Shown: positions 63,244 through 64,000 of the stretch, piece after piece
Layout of the letters: the number at the start of each line of letters is the position of its first letter
How positions within the stretch are numbered: the first letter of the stretch is position 1
Assembly: GCA_965219095.1 (NCBI GenBank)
Contig: OZ244719.1
Span: forward strand, 192,001 to 256,000
Direction: 5' to 3'
Source: Bdellovibrionales bacterium
GTDB lineage: Bacteria > Bdellovibrionota > Bdellovibrionia > Bdellovibrionales > UBA1609
Length of the DNA stretch: 64,000 bases
Notes under the pieces: generated by a model
What the model was told of the DNA's origin: nothing
The model's input: the letters and a program-made list of their open reading frames with translations, nothing else
Database searches by the model: none
Translations under genes and position numbers: made by a program

Positions 63244-64000
63244 GCATCCTCGAAAGAATCTGTGGGTTCCCGGAGGTTCTGGCAGTTTTCCAAGGTTATG
63301 ATATAAGGCGATTTTTATAGCTTTAGAGGTTCTAAAGCCGTAAGATTTTCTCATAGTGAGTTTTACTTTGTTGTTTAAACCCTCTACAATCCCTGAGGAG
63401 AAGGTTTTTTTAGCCTTGAAGTAATTAAGAATAAGTAGCTTATGTCTTTGTATGGTTTTTGCTTTTCTTTTCATAGGTTCAATTTTTGAAAGCATGACTC
63501 GTTTCGTCCAACTGTCTATAAATTTACCAGCCCAAGTTGGTGGAACATAGGTCCATAACTGTCGGAAGTCTTCTTTTAAAAAATAACAGCGGATACTTTT
63601 TAAATTGTACTGTATTAAATGCCTTAATTTTACTTTTTCATAAGATTTTAAATTTTCTGCATTTTTTAACAAGGGCCATCTAGCTTTTGTTAAAAGGGGT
63701 TCATACCCGTCTTCTTTCATTTTTTTGTGTTCTGAAGCTCTCACTTCATCTAAAGCCTTATTGAGTCTTGCTACGATATGAAACCGATCTAATATGTGTA
63801 AAGCTCCACTTGCCCTCTCCTTTATGACTTTTAAATAAGGCTTCCACATATCAGAACACACAAACCGTATATCTTTTGACTTCTCTCCTAGTAAATCAAA
63901 GAATTTTCTAAAACTCTTTTCTGTTCTTTTTTCTCCTATCCACAACAAGCGTACACGGGTTTTGCTTATTTCATAGACTAAGGTGAGATACTGATGGTTC
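63244..64000 (-). mobile_element. ISL3 element, 3' part (runs off the window edge)
   Basis: Slightly diverged copy of about 26958-27714; TGA stop replaced by CGA. Confidence 0.9.

Overview
AT-rich bacterial chromosome segment, most likely Bdellovibrionota-like (inferred from several hypothetical proteins and the tamB-then-Omp85 gene order; not proven). Core-gene islands are hpt, a shortened dcw cluster (mraZ-rsmH-ftsL-ftsI-murF), phnDCE, lexA, ald, ruvCAB and efp-tamB-tamA/bamA. They are separated by insertion-sequence graveyards covering roughly 40% of the window (IS3, IS5, two IS66 types, IS110/IS1111, IS256, IS481, IS630, IS1634, ISL3), with multi-layer nesting whose target-site duplications (TSDs) are still readable. 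The most notable signal is a decayed IS1111-group recombinase element (30877-32137). Its 3' non-coding end folds by eye into a bridge/seek-RNA-like structure. Its four loop segments match its own circle junction and a motif (TTCGACAYTYT) of the resident IS630 element, where both observed insertions lie; the best match overlaps the IS630 transposase start codon. Other leads are a secreted GP42-type transglutaminase paired with a clostripain, an ATA-initiated mraZ, the absence of murE from the dcw cluster, and miniature IS derivatives. No rRNA, tRNA or CRISPR array was recognised. All calls are by eye; no database searches were run.
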